Below are positions 31,208-40,647 of a DNA stretch of 64,000 nt, in pieces. Both the position numbers and the translations under genes were made by a program. The DNA comes from Candidatus Latescibacterota bacterium. Lineage in GTDB: Bacteria; Latescibacterota; UBA2968. The stretch covers positions 3,392,001 to 3,456,000 of the forward strand of contig OZ242195.1 in assembly GCA_965205975.1 (NCBI GenBank). Direction: 5' to 3'. The notes below the pieces were generated by a model that had not been told where the DNA came from, ran no database searches, and saw only the letters and a program-made list of their open reading frames with translations. Within the stretch, counting starts at the first letter, position 1. Every line of letters begins with the position of its first letter.

Positions 31208-32107
31208 CTATTTCTTATTCGCACCAAAATGATCCATCTCGCCGCGATCAATCCAACCCGGCAACCTGATCTTCTCCGACATCTTCCACGCCGTTAAATA
31301 AAGCGAAACCGTAAAACGCGCAGCCCTCTTTGCATGCTTCTCTGCAAAAGCGCGCACCGCAGGCTCATTTTTCCAATCTATATCCTTTGGAATGAGATAC
31401 TGCTCCATTGCCAGCGCGGCCTCAACCTCACCAAAACTCTCGTGCATCTGCGCCACAATACCCACCATCAAACTATCCACAGGCGCGGCAGTCAACCCCT
31501 CGGCAATATCTTCGGGTCTCAGATCCAAATTTTGAAGCAACCCATCAATCTTTTCGTGAATACGCGTCATCGACGACTTGCCATCCACAACGCGACCATT
31601 CCAGTGAATCGTCAAATTCAGAGGCTGACAAACCTCCTGAGCAAAATGAGCCACATACCCGGCGTATATCAAACACTTACTCTGAACAAACGGACTCTCG
31701 GGCCACTTGCGAAACTCGGCAAAAGCCAGAGCGAGTTGCTCGGTATATTCCGCTGTTACGTACGGCAACAAACCCACCTGCTCTGGCTTCTTCCCCAACT
31801 CTGCACATAGCCTGCCAAACTCGTACCGAGACACGGGCAAATCCCCTGCCTCAAACAACTCCATATTAAAATAATGAACCGGATGACCAGCCTTCTCCAG
31901 ATGAAGCGTACCGCGATTCTTTGCAACATCCGGATCAACAGCCGCATGAGCCACCATACCCGCGCCAGCCCTGAGAAAAGCGGGCGCGTCTGGCGGGAGT
32001 GCCTGAACAGCCGCCCGCGTCAAAATGCCATGCCCCCGCGGCCACCAACCCCAGGCCGAAGATCCAAATACAAATAGAATAAGTAATACCATACCTAATC
32101 GACGCAT
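31208..32107 (-). CDS. Secreted S1/P1 nuclease / phospholipase C-like protein (paralog 1, altered metal ligands)
   Basis: Signal peptide, mature WWPRGH, DPD, HFAQEVCQPLN. Confidence 0.7.
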   Translation of the reverse strand: MRRLGMVLLILFVFGSSAWGWWPRGHGILTRAAVQALPPDAPAFLRAGAGMVAHAAVDPDVAKNRGTLHLEKAGHPVHYFNMELFEAGDLPVSRYEFGRLCAELGKKPEQVGLLPYVTAEYTEQLALAFAEFRKWPESPFVQSKCLIYAGYVAHFAQEVCQPLNLTIHWNGRVVDGKSSMTRIHEKIDGLLQNLDLRPEDIAEGLTAAPVDSLMVGIVAQMHESFGEVEAALAMEQYLIPKDIDWKNEPAVRAFAEKHAKRAARFTVSLYLTAWKMSEKIRLPGWIDRGEMDHFGANKK

Positions 32108-32126
32108 CGATAATCTCCTTTCTTTT

Positions 32127-33020
32127 CTACTTCCCGTCCCAAACCTCTCGCTTCACATAATCTGCAATCTCCAAACGCTCGGACAATCGCCAGGCAGTCA
32201 AATAAAGCCGTGCGGTAAATCGCGTCGCAGCGCGGGCGCGATCTTTTGCAAAAGCGATCACCTCGGCATTCGGTACCCAATTCTCCTCATCATATCTGGG
32301 AATATTCGGTCCCATTTCATAAACCCGGTCAACCAGTGCAAACCCCTCCTCAAACTCCCGCATAATCTCAGACATCGTGTTTTCAAAAGGCGTCACATCC
32401 TGATCGCGCGACAAATCCCCAGGCTCCATCTTCAAAAACTGCACCAGACCATCCACCTTCTGGTGAATACCCCTCTGCAACTTCTCGCCCCCCTCCACCA
32501 CGCGCCCATCGTAGTGAATCGTCAAATGCAAAGGCTGGCACATATCCTCGGCATAATGCGCGAGAAAACCCGCATAAATCAGGCACTTGCTCTGAATATG
32601 TGGATTATCGGGCCACTTGCGAAACTCGGCAAAAGCCACCGCCAGCCGCTCTGTCCACTCATTCACCGCATAAGGCACAAAACCCATCTTCTCGGGCGAC
32701 ACTCCATGCTCATAACACAACTTCACAAACGCATAGCGACTCTCGGGCAACGCCGCCACATCGAGCATCTCGCGATCCAAAAAATGCTCGGGATACTCTG
32801 CGCCTCGCACCTGCGGCGTACCCCGGTTCTTACCCATATCGGGATCAATACTCAAATGCGCCACCGTCTTTGCCCCCTGCCTGAAAAACGCGGGAACCTC
32901 ATCGGGCAAAGCCGCCACAGCGGACAAAGTCAGAATATGATGCCCTTCCAGCAACCAGCCTCGAGCAGGAGAACACAACCCTGCCAAAAGCAAAACAGAA
33001 ATAGCAAATCGTTTGAACAT
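32127..33020 (-). CDS. Secreted S1/P1 nuclease / phospholipase C-like protein (paralog 2)
   Basis: GGAGG RBS before MFKRF, mature WLLEGH, HYAEDMCQPLH, GIH. Confidence 0.75.
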   Translation of the reverse strand: MFKRFAISVLLLAGLCSPARGWLLEGHHILTLSAVAALPDEVPAFFRQGAKTVAHLSIDPDMGKNRGTPQVRGAEYPEHFLDREMLDVAALPESRYAFVKLCYEHGVSPEKMGFVPYAVNEWTERLAVAFAEFRKWPDNPHIQSKCLIYAGFLAHYAEDMCQPLHLTIHYDGRVVEGGEKLQRGIHQKVDGLVQFLKMEPGDLSRDQDVTPFENTMSEIMREFEEGFALVDRVYEMGPNIPRYDEENWVPNAEVIAFAKDRARAATRFTARLYLTAWRLSERLEIADYVKREVWDGK

Positions 33021-33047
33021 TAATACCTCCTGTAAATGCATAGGCAA

Positions 33048-33197
33048 CCACAGATGGACACTGATGAACACAGAGGGAAAGGCAAAACCTTCTGGATCGC
33101 GGCTAACAGCATGCCGCGATGACACATGGGACGGCACAGGGGCCGTCCCCTACAACCCTATGCCGCAATGACGGGCGAGGCATGCCCCGCCCCTACA
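33048..33197. repeat. Composite REP cluster
   Basis: TCTGGATCGCGGCT..CATGCCGCGATGAC followed by two GGG...CCCCTACA palindromes. Confidence 0.75.
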
Positions 33198-33240
33198 ATG
33201 GATAACTAACCACTTACTGCTGACCACTGTCACACATAAA

Positions 33241-33280
33241 GACAGCGGAGAAACTCAGAAAGTTTCTCCGCTATCAAAAA
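33241..33280 (-). terminator. Intrinsic terminator-like hairpin after selC
   Basis: AGCGGAGAAACT/AGTTTCTCCGCT 12-bp stem. Confidence 0.6.
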
Positions 33281-33378
33281 TGGCGGGAATGTGTGGGAAT
33301 CGAACCCACCAAGCGTGGGGTTAGCACGCAACAACGGGTTTGAAGCCCGCGGGGGACACCAGTTCCCCATCCACTCCC
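33281..33378 (-). tRNA. selC: tRNA-Sec (anticodon UCA)
   Basis: GGGAGTGG...CGGGCTTCAAACCCG...long variable arm...GTGGGTTCGATTCCCAC...GCCA, 98 nt, immediately after selD. Confidence 0.95.
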
Positions 33379-33380
33379 AA

Positions 33381-34424
33381 TCACGCTCGTACCTCAATCT
33401 CACCGGGATATTCTGCAACCACCTCGCCAATATCTCGAGCCATCACACCGCGCTCAATTAGTGCCCCAAGAAAAGCATCAGCCACATCGGGCGCAAGTGC
33501 AATCAACAGACCGCCAGAAGTCTGCGGATCAAAAAACAAACGCCTCAAAGCCTCGTCAACATCATCGGCAAACCTCACCGCATGCCCTCGCGCCGCCCGA
33601 TTGCGCCGCAAACCACCGCCCTCGCGCCCCTCTGCAATCTGCAAAGCCAGATCAAAACGCGGCACATCAGAAGCACGAATGCGAATCCCCACCCCACTCG
33701 CCTGCGCCATCTCCAACCCATGCCCCAGCAATCCAAACCCCGTAATATCCGTACACCCATGCGCTTTATATGCAACCATCTCCTCGGCTGCGATGCTATT
33801 CAACTGCACCATAGAATCCACGGCAACTTGCAACGCATCTTCATTGATCTTGCCATTTTGATAGGCATCCGACATCAAACCCGTACCCAGCGGCTTGGTC
33901 AAAATCAGACGATCACCCACCCGAGCACCCGCATTGGTCTTCACATCGTCTGGATGCACAACCCCCGTCACAGACAACCCGAACTTGGGTTCCACATCCT
34001 CCACAGAATGCCCGCCGACCAAAACCGCGCCAGACTCCGCCACCTTCTCCTGTGCCCCTCTTAAAACCTCGGCAATTACCTCTGGCTCGACGTCATCACT
34101 CGGAAACCCGCAAATATTCAGCGCAGTAATCGGGCGCCCCCCCATCGCATACACATCGCTCAGCGAATTGGCTGCGGCAATCTGCCCATACGCATGTGGA
34201 TCATCGACAATCGGCGTAAAAAAATCCACCGTCTGAATAAGCGCCACATCCTCAGAAATCCGAAACACGCCAGCATCATCCGCCGTATTCATCCCCACCA
34301 TCAAATCGGGATGCACTACAGGCGGCAACTTTTTCAAAATCACATCCAGCACCGCTGGATCGAGTTTCGATGCTCAACCACCGCAACTGACGAGCTGCGT
34401 CAATCTTCTACCGCGATACTTCAT
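33381..34424 (-). CDS. selD: Selenide, water dikinase SelD, selenoprotein form (Sec17)
   Basis: MKYRGRRLTQLVSCGG-UGA(34376-34374)-ASKLDP; SECIS-like ATCCAGC-GGT-GCTGGAT with apex 20 nt after UGA; DDAG, DFFTPIVDDP, DPQTSGGLL. Confidence 0.93.
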
Positions 34425-35254
34425 TTTTTTAACTCCTCATCTTCTCTCGCCATCTGTTCCTTTTGCCAGCGATAATCGACCTTGCCATCGTAAAACATCC
34501 CGGGATTCTCTATCGCCCACAACTGCTTTCGAATCAACCAATTCTTGGGATCCAGAACATACGCGCGCTTTAACTCTGCAATCGCATCTTCCCGCTTGCC
34601 CTGTTTTAGCAACACAATAGCGCGCTGAAATTTTGCATCGGCCTCCTGCTCATCCGCAGTCAGCACGCGGGGCTTCGCACCCTTATCCCCATCGCGCCAG
34701 GCACCGGGAATAGCCCCCGTAGTTATCCACGCAACCAGTTCTCCGCGCAGGGTCTCATCGTCAATATTAACGCTACCAACACTGCGAACAAGTCGTCCTT
34801 CTTCATCCACAAAAATCCCAACTGGCACAAATTTGACATTATACGCTTTCCCAATCGCATTGTGCTGATCCAGCAATGCGCGATATGTACCGCCGGCCTT
34901 TTCAACCCAGGGTCTGGCAACCTCGGCGCCCTGGGCATCCTGAGCAATGACCACCACCTCAACCTGTTCACCGTACTCCTGATAAAACGCTTGCCATCCA
35001 GGCAACTGAGCGCGGCACCCTCACCAGGACGCCCACATAAAAAACACCGTCTTCTTCCCGCGAAAATCACTCGAAGAAATCATCTCCCCAGAGTACAAAT
35101 CCGGCAGTGTAAACGCAGGTGGCGCATGCCCAATGCTCAGGCCAATATCATTTAGTTCAGGCTCCAAAGTCTTCATAGATTCCTCCCCTGATAAGATATG
35201 CGTTGGGATGAGTACACTTGCCAACAGGATCAATATAAGTGCTGTTTTGCCCAT
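34421..35254 (-). CDS. TlpA/ResA-like redoxin selenoprotein (WASW-U-GC motif) with C-terminal TPR-like segment
   Basis: ORFs 35021-35254 and 34421-35005 are one frame joined by UGA (35023-35021); hairpin TTGCC-TGGAT-GGCAA with apex 20 nt after UGA; ATGA overlap with selD. Confidence 0.88.
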
Positions 35255-35330
35255 CTTGTCTCCAGTCTAAAAAACTGGGCAGGTTCACTAACTGTACATG
35301 TGTGCCACGTAAACGCCCCTGCTTCCACGC

Positions 35331-35387
35331 TCAGCCACCACAACTGGCGAACTGAATCAATCTTTTAGCGCGATCTTGCCATTTCAT
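35331..35387 (-). other. SelD-N-terminus-like uORF (MKWQDRAKRLIQFASCGG-UGA): leader peptide or selD relic
   Basis: 42/54 nt identical to selD codons 3-20 by hand alignment, including the UGA. Confidence 0.7.
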
Positions 35388-35399
35388 TGGTCTCTCTTT

Positions 35400-35801
35400 C
35401 TACGACCCGATCTTACGTGCATAGTCTCCGCACTGCACATCTACGAATTCACGATAGACTCTTTTCTTTTCTGGCTCCCGGTAGACGAGAGTAGATAACA
35501 CGGCCTGGGCAGCGGATATTGTTATTGGCACCGGTACCATATCGAATTCATAAGTTTCAATAGTACACATGTGATCCTGAGCGTGAATGACCTCGCCTTT
35601 ACCCTTGATCTCTTCCAGTATGCCCAGACTTTCGCCTGTCTTAGGATCGTGTACCTCTTCCCCAAGATTGAAAACTACGAACTTGTCACCATTCGAGATA
35701 CCATCGTTTGATCCCTTGTTGAGCACAACCTTTCGTTCGTTACAAATTTTGGCAACGAAACCATCGTGTTTTACCGCAATGCCTGCTCTTTTATCAGCCA
35801 T
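35400..35801 (-). CDS. Hypothetical protein, FlgT C-terminal-like domain
   Basis: VVLNKGSNDGISNGDKFVVF...EEVHDPKTGESLG. Confidence 0.7.
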   Translation of the reverse strand: MADKRAGIAVKHDGFVAKICNERKVVLNKGSNDGISNGDKFVVFNLGEEVHDPKTGESLGILEEIKGKGEVIHAQDHMCTIETYEFDMVPVPITISAAQAVLSTLVYREPEKKRVYREFVDVQCGDYARKIGS

Positions 35802-36345
35802 TTAAATGCTCCTTTTTTACGCCACGCTTTGCCTGTAGTTGTTCCAGTCTGCTCTCATCACTGAGATAATCTAACAATGGTTCATCAGTAAACGAGAAAA
35901 ATACCACACTTTGTGGAAAACCCAGATTGGTAATCGTCTCAACCGATATTAGACAAACAGGTACCTCCACATCTCCTTCACGCACAAATAAGGTAAGAAT
36001 ATCGCCGACAAGAACATTATCACTTCGCTCCAAAAGGACTATCACTGTATTCTTGAAGGAATGCGTGCCCCGAGACACCTTACGCACACTCAATGGTCAA
36101 TCAACCTTCTTATACAAGAGATAGGCTACGTAGAGAACAGAGATAAGCAAGGTTAAGAGCAGGAGCGCGACCACTACAAGCACTTTTATCCCAAATGTCC
36201 AAGATCCACCCACGCCAATCGCTGCCGAGACTGAAACGAGACCAACAAACAGTGCCATTGCCTTTGCGATAGGTCGCCATAGAGTCTCACCCACAAATCC
36301 TCGACCACCTCTGATTCCCATGAAGACTCCTCTTAACAAGCACAC
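35794..36345 (-). pseudogene. Membrane-anchored hypothetical protein interrupted by in-frame TGA (36099-36097)
   Basis: ORFs 36097-36345 and 35794-36093 are in the same frame: KKVD-TGA-PLSVRK. Confidence 0.55.
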
Positions 36346-36490
36346 CTGCGATTATATCCGCGAGCAATCTAAATCTACGAGAATAGCGAAGAATGTCAAC
36401 ATCACACCTGCCTTTGTTAAGCCATGAACACCAAACCGCTCGGCAATCATCTCACCGAGCGGCTTGGCATACAACGGACATTAATTTTCA

Positions 36491-37450
36491 CTAACCGTAC
36501 AGATGCGCCACATAATCCCCATACCCATTGTACATCCGGGTAGGCACGCGATCCATCGTCCCGATCAACCGCTCTGTTGCTTGAGACCAGCGCGGGTGTG
36601 GCACATTGGGATTTACATTAGACCAAAAATCGTACTCAGCAGGTGCCACCTTGTTCCAGAACGTCGGAGGTTGTCGTTTCGTGAACTCGATCTTCACAAT
36701 GGACTTAATACTCTTATACCCGTATTTCCACGGCGTAACCAACCGAATGGGCGCCCCGTGCTGTTTGGGCAACGCATGACCGTAAATACCCGTCGTGAGC
36801 ATCGTCAGTTCATTCGTCGCCTCTTCCATAGTCAGCCCCTCAAAATAAGGCCACGGATACCAGGACTGCGTCTTGATGCCCGGCGCCTGATCCGGGCGAT
36901 TGAACGTCACCATCCGCACGTACTTAGCCGACGACTGGGGCTGCACATAATCGATCAACGCCTTCATCGGAAACCCCGTCCACGGCACCGTCATCGCCCA
37001 TGCTTCCACGCACCGAAACCGATACACGCGCTCTTCCAGCGCGAACCGCTTGAGCAAATCGTCCAGATCATACGTCCCGGCCTTCTCCACATAACCCGAA
37101 ATCTCAATCTCCCAGGGGCGCACCTCAAACTTATCCGTCAACTCGTGAACTTTGCCCTTATTCGTGGTAAACTCGTAAAAATTATTGTACCGCGCGGCAA
37201 CCTTCTCCCGCGTCAATTCCCGCTCCACCGTGTAAATTTCATTGCGCTTTGCAGGATACAAACCCGGCAGCGATGGGGGAACTTCCACCTCAAACTCATC
37301 TTCTGCCATCGCGCAACCCGCGCCAATCACCGCGCTCGCGCCTGCAACACCCATAGCCTGCATAAAGCGCCGTCGATTCATGTAAATGTCTTCGGGCGTA
37401 ACCTCGCCTTCGGGCAACTGCCAACCTTTGGGAATATGGATAAAAGCCAT
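36491..37450 (-). CDS. msrP: Protein-methionine-sulfoxide reductase catalytic subunit MsrP
   Basis: Tat motif RRRFM, YNNFYEF, RFRCVEAW, PWKYGYKSIKSI, HPRWSQATER. Confidence 0.95.
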   Translation of the reverse strand: MAFIHIPKGWQLPEGEVTPEDIYMNRRRFMQAMGVAGASAVIGAGCAMAEDEFEVEVPPSLPGLYPAKRNEIYTVERELTREKVAARYNNFYEFTTNKGKVHELTDKFEVRPWEIEISGYVEKAGTYDLDDLLKRFALEERVYRFRCVEAWAMTVPWTGFPMKALIDYVQPQSSAKYVRMVTFNRPDQAPGIKTQSWYPWPYFEGLTMEEATNELTMLTTGIYGHALPKQHGAPIRLVTPWKYGYKSIKSIVKIEFTKRQPPTFWNKVAPAEYDFWSNVNPNVPHPRWSQATERLIGTMDRVPTRMYNGYGDYVAHLYG

Positions 37451-37475
37451 CGCATGCCTCCAATCAAATGCAAAA

Positions 37476-37627
37476 GCGAATCGGCGAATCAGCGAATCAA
37501 CGAATCAGCGAATCAACGACGGAGTTCGCACTGACTTTGGGAGGTGGGGTGGGGTTCGTCTATTCGTCTATTCGTCTATTCGTCTATTCGTCTATTCGTC
37601 TATTCGCGCTTTTCTCGTCTATTCGTC
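37476..37627. repeat. Octamer tandem-repeat element (GCGAATCA)n - G-rich linker - (TATTCGTC)n
   Basis: Directly visible; homologous to 7791-7920. Confidence 0.8.
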
Positions 37628-38933
37628 ACCGCCGATCCATCCCCACGTAATCGCGTATATCTGCCCCGGTATAAATCTGGCGCGGTCGGGCGATCTTCTG
37701 TTCGCTATCCCCCAGCATCTCTTTCCACTGCGCCAGCCAGCCACACGACCGCCCCACCGCAAATAACACCGTCATCATCCGCGTGGGCAATCCAATCGCC
37801 TGATAGATAATACCCGAATAAAAATCCACATTGGGATACAACTGACGCGAAATAAAATACTCCTCCTGCAGGGCAATCCGCTCCAACTCCAGCGCAATAT
37901 CAATCAGGGGATTTTTACCCGTCACCTCAAACACACTATACGCGGTCTCTTTGACAATCGCCGCCCTGGGATCGTAATTCTTGTAAACCCGATGCCCAAA
38001 CCCCTGCAACACCACCTCTTTGTTCTCCACCCGCTCGATATAAGCCGGCACCTTATCCACCGAGCCGATCTCATTGAGCATATTGAGCACGGCTTCATTC
38101 GCGCCCCCGTGTGCCGGACCGTAAAGCGCCGCTGCTGCACCAGCCATAGATGAATACGGGTCTGCCCCCCCACTGGCAACGCCTCGCATAATACTGGTAG
38201 ATAAATTCTGACCGTGATCGGCGTGCAAAATGAGCAACACTTCCAGCGCGCGTTCGAGCACCGGATCAGCCCGATAGGCCTCCCCCTCTGTCCCAAACAG
38301 CATATTCAAAAAATTGCCGTAAAGCCCCAACCCGGGATCTGACGACACATAAGGCGAGCCAGCACTGCGGCGATGCACCGCAGCACCTATGGTCACAACA
38401 TTGCCGATCAGACGACAAATATGACGAAGTTGTGCCTCTTCGGTTCCAAAATCTCCCTCATCATCGTAAAAAACCGACAGTGCCCCCAGCGCGCCCACCA
38501 GCATACCCATCGTATGAGATCCTCTGGGAAAACCATCGATAAAAGACAAAATATCGTCTGAAATCACCGTTTGAGAATTTACCTGCTCGGAAAATCCATC
38601 CAATTGATCGCGGCTGGGCAACTCGCCATAAACCAGCAAATAGGCCACTTCCAGATAAGAAGACGCCGCCACCAACTGCTCAATGGGATATCCGCGATAG
38701 CGCAAAATCCCCTTCGCCCCATCGATATACGTAACCGCACTGCTGCAAGACGCCGTATTGACATACGACGGGTCGTATCCCAACAGGCCAAAATCATTAT
38801 CCGAACCCTTGATTTGGTTCAACTCTTCTGTACGCACATGGGCACCATCCTCAGAATACGTGCCATAAGTAATAGGTAAATCATACGTTTCATCTGTCCG
38901 ATTATCAATAACTTTAAGTGAATCCTTGCTCAT
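37626..38933 (-). CDS. gltA: Citrate synthase
   Basis: GILRYRGYPI, LHADH, GPAHGGANE, GFGHRVYKNYDPRA, YPNVDFYSG. Confidence 0.95.
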   Translation of the reverse strand: MSKDSLKVIDNRTDETYDLPITYGTYSEDGAHVRTEELNQIKGSDNDFGLLGYDPSYVNTASCSSAVTYIDGAKGILRYRGYPIEQLVAASSYLEVAYLLVYGELPSRDQLDGFSEQVNSQTVISDDILSFIDGFPRGSHTMGMLVGALGALSVFYDDEGDFGTEEAQLRHICRLIGNVVTIGAAVHRRSAGSPYVSSDPGLGLYGNFLNMLFGTEGEAYRADPVLERALEVLLILHADHGQNLSTSIMRGVASGGADPYSSMAGAAAALYGPAHGGANEAVLNMLNEIGSVDKVPAYIERVENKEVVLQGFGHRVYKNYDPRAAIVKETAYSVFEVTGKNPLIDIALELERIALQEEYFISRQLYPNVDFYSGIIYQAIGLPTRMMTVLFAVGRSCGWLAQWKEMLGDSEQKIARPRQIYTGADIRDYVGMDRR

Positions 38934-38981
38934 CACAAGCCCCTTTCTCATAATCCACCCATTTGGAGGAGAATTGTTCTG

Positions 38982-39647
38982 CTATTGCGCTATAACCTGA
39001 TAAATTCTACGCGAACTGCTCTGATCTGCAGGATCGGACTGCACAGAAACCGCATCAAAAACGCGCCGCAGTGCCCGTTCATAAGACGACCCATCCGCAC
39101 AAATCGCAAGTGCTCCGCCCGCCCGAAGTCGCATTTGCAACACGCGCAACATCGACAAACTATAAGCCTGGCGATTCTCTGCTCGCGCCACCTGATCTGG
39201 CCCAACATCAATGTGCATCGCAATACCGTGATAATTGCGCGGAGAGCCCTGCACATAAGAACAAAAATCGCCCACAACAAGCTCGACCCGTGCGTCATTC
39301 AGCAAATCGGCATTGGTCAAAAAGGTGCGATTCCATTCTACAATTTGCGGCTCAATTTCCACCACGCAAACGGACTGCACAGCCCTGTGCTTCAGCACCT
39401 GCCGCAACGTCACGCCCAATCCAAGCCCACCGACCAACACATCGGCATATCTCTGATCTGGAGAAATGCCAGATAGTGCGAGATCGGCAAGTGCGATCTC
39501 CAAATCGGAACTGCTACTCGCAATCGCATGCCCATTTATAGAAAGCACATGATACCACTGCCCGTCAACTATTGTCTCATCAAGCCGAAAATTTCCATTT
39601 TGCGTCTCGACCGATGCCACGTGACTTAGCGTGCTATCGCTCTGCAT
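38982..39647 (-). CDS. Spermidine-synthase-like SAM-dependent protein
   Basis: VLVGGLGLGVTL...VVEIEP. Confidence 0.75.
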   Translation of the reverse strand: MQSDSTLSHVASVETQNGNFRLDETIVDGQWYHVLSINGHAIASSSSDLEIALADLALSGISPDQRYADVLVGGLGLGVTLRQVLKHRAVQSVCVVEIEPQIVEWNRTFLTNADLLNDARVELVVGDFCSYVQGSPRNYHGIAMHIDVGPDQVARAENRQAYSLSMLRVLQMRLRAGGALAICADGSSYERALRRVFDAVSVQSDPADQSSSRRIYQVIAQ

Positions 39648-39809
39648 TCATCGCGCCTTTTTAAAAAAATCCGATTTGGACAAGTATTACAATATAACGG
39701 AGATTCCAAAATTTTCAAATATATTTGGTCAATAATCACCTCTCATTACCCACTTGATTTTTAAAGCGCGAATCCCTTTATTGACTCACCGGCTAACAGG
39801 AATAAATTT

Positions 39810-40637
39810 ATGAGTCAACACATCGGCAGCATTGAAATCATAGCAACACATATCCACCGGAGGCATTATCGCTCAGTGCTCTTTGATTTTGACGGCACAT
39901 TGTCGCTCATTCGCCAGGGCTGGCGCGAAATCATGATCCCCATGATGGTCGAGATACTCTCCGAACTCAACACCGGCGAAACCGAAGCGGAACATCGCGT
40001 CCTGGTCACCGAATTTATCGACCGTCTCACCGGCAGACAAACCATCTACCAGATGATTCAGCTCTGTCGAGAAATCCAAAAACGCGGTGGCACACCAGAC
40101 GATCCCTTGACCTACAAACAGCGTTTTCACGACCTGCTCAACGCCCACATAGCCCATCGCATTCGCGGCCTCGAAACCGGCGAAATGGACCCCGACCATC
40201 TCATGCTACCCCATACCCTCGCCCTGCTCGACAATCTATCCAACCGCGGCCTGATGCTTTATTTAGCCAGCGGCACCGACCTCGTCTTTGTCCGCCGCGA
40301 AGTCGAATTACTCGGCCTTACGACCTACTTTGAAGACCGCGTCTTTGGCGCATTGGACCAGCACGAAAACTTCTCCAAAGCCATGGTCATTCAGAACATG
40401 CTCAAAACCCATGCCATAGACGGCTCTCAACTCCTCGGTTTTGGCGATGGATACGTCGAAATCGAAAACGTAAAAGCTGTAGGAGGCACCGCTATCGGTG
40501 TTGCATCAGACGAAGTCAAACGCGAAGGCATCAATGCCTGGAAGCGAAACCGCCTCATCGAAGTCGGTGCAGATATCATCATCCCGGAATACCGAGAACA
40601 AGAAACTCTCATCGCATATTTGTGTGAACCACCCTAA
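39810..40637 (+). CDS. HAD family hydrolase
   Basis: FDFDGT, LASGT, FGDG. Confidence 0.88.
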   Translation: MSQHIGSIEIIATHIHRRHYRSVLFDFDGTLSLIRQGWREIMIPMMVEILSELNTGETEAEHRVLVTEFIDRLTGRQTIYQMIQLCREIQKRGGTPDDPLTYKQRFHDLLNAHIAHRIRGLETGEMDPDHLMLPHTLALLDNLSNRGLMLYLASGTDLVFVRREVELLGLTTYFEDRVFGALDQHENFSKAMVIQNMLKTHAIDGSQLLGFGDGYVEIENVKAVGGTAIGVASDEVKREGINAWKRNRLIEVGADIIIPEYREQETLIAYLCEPP

Positions 40638-40647
40638 AGGAGATACC

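Noticed and set aside
33200..33378. selC as an integration site for a genomic island
   Set aside because: No integrase and no duplicated tRNA 3' end seen in the window
33381..35254. selD and redoxin as pseudogenes with premature stops
   Set aside because: UGAs fall at catalytic Cys positions, with SECIS-like hairpins and tRNA-Sec adjacent
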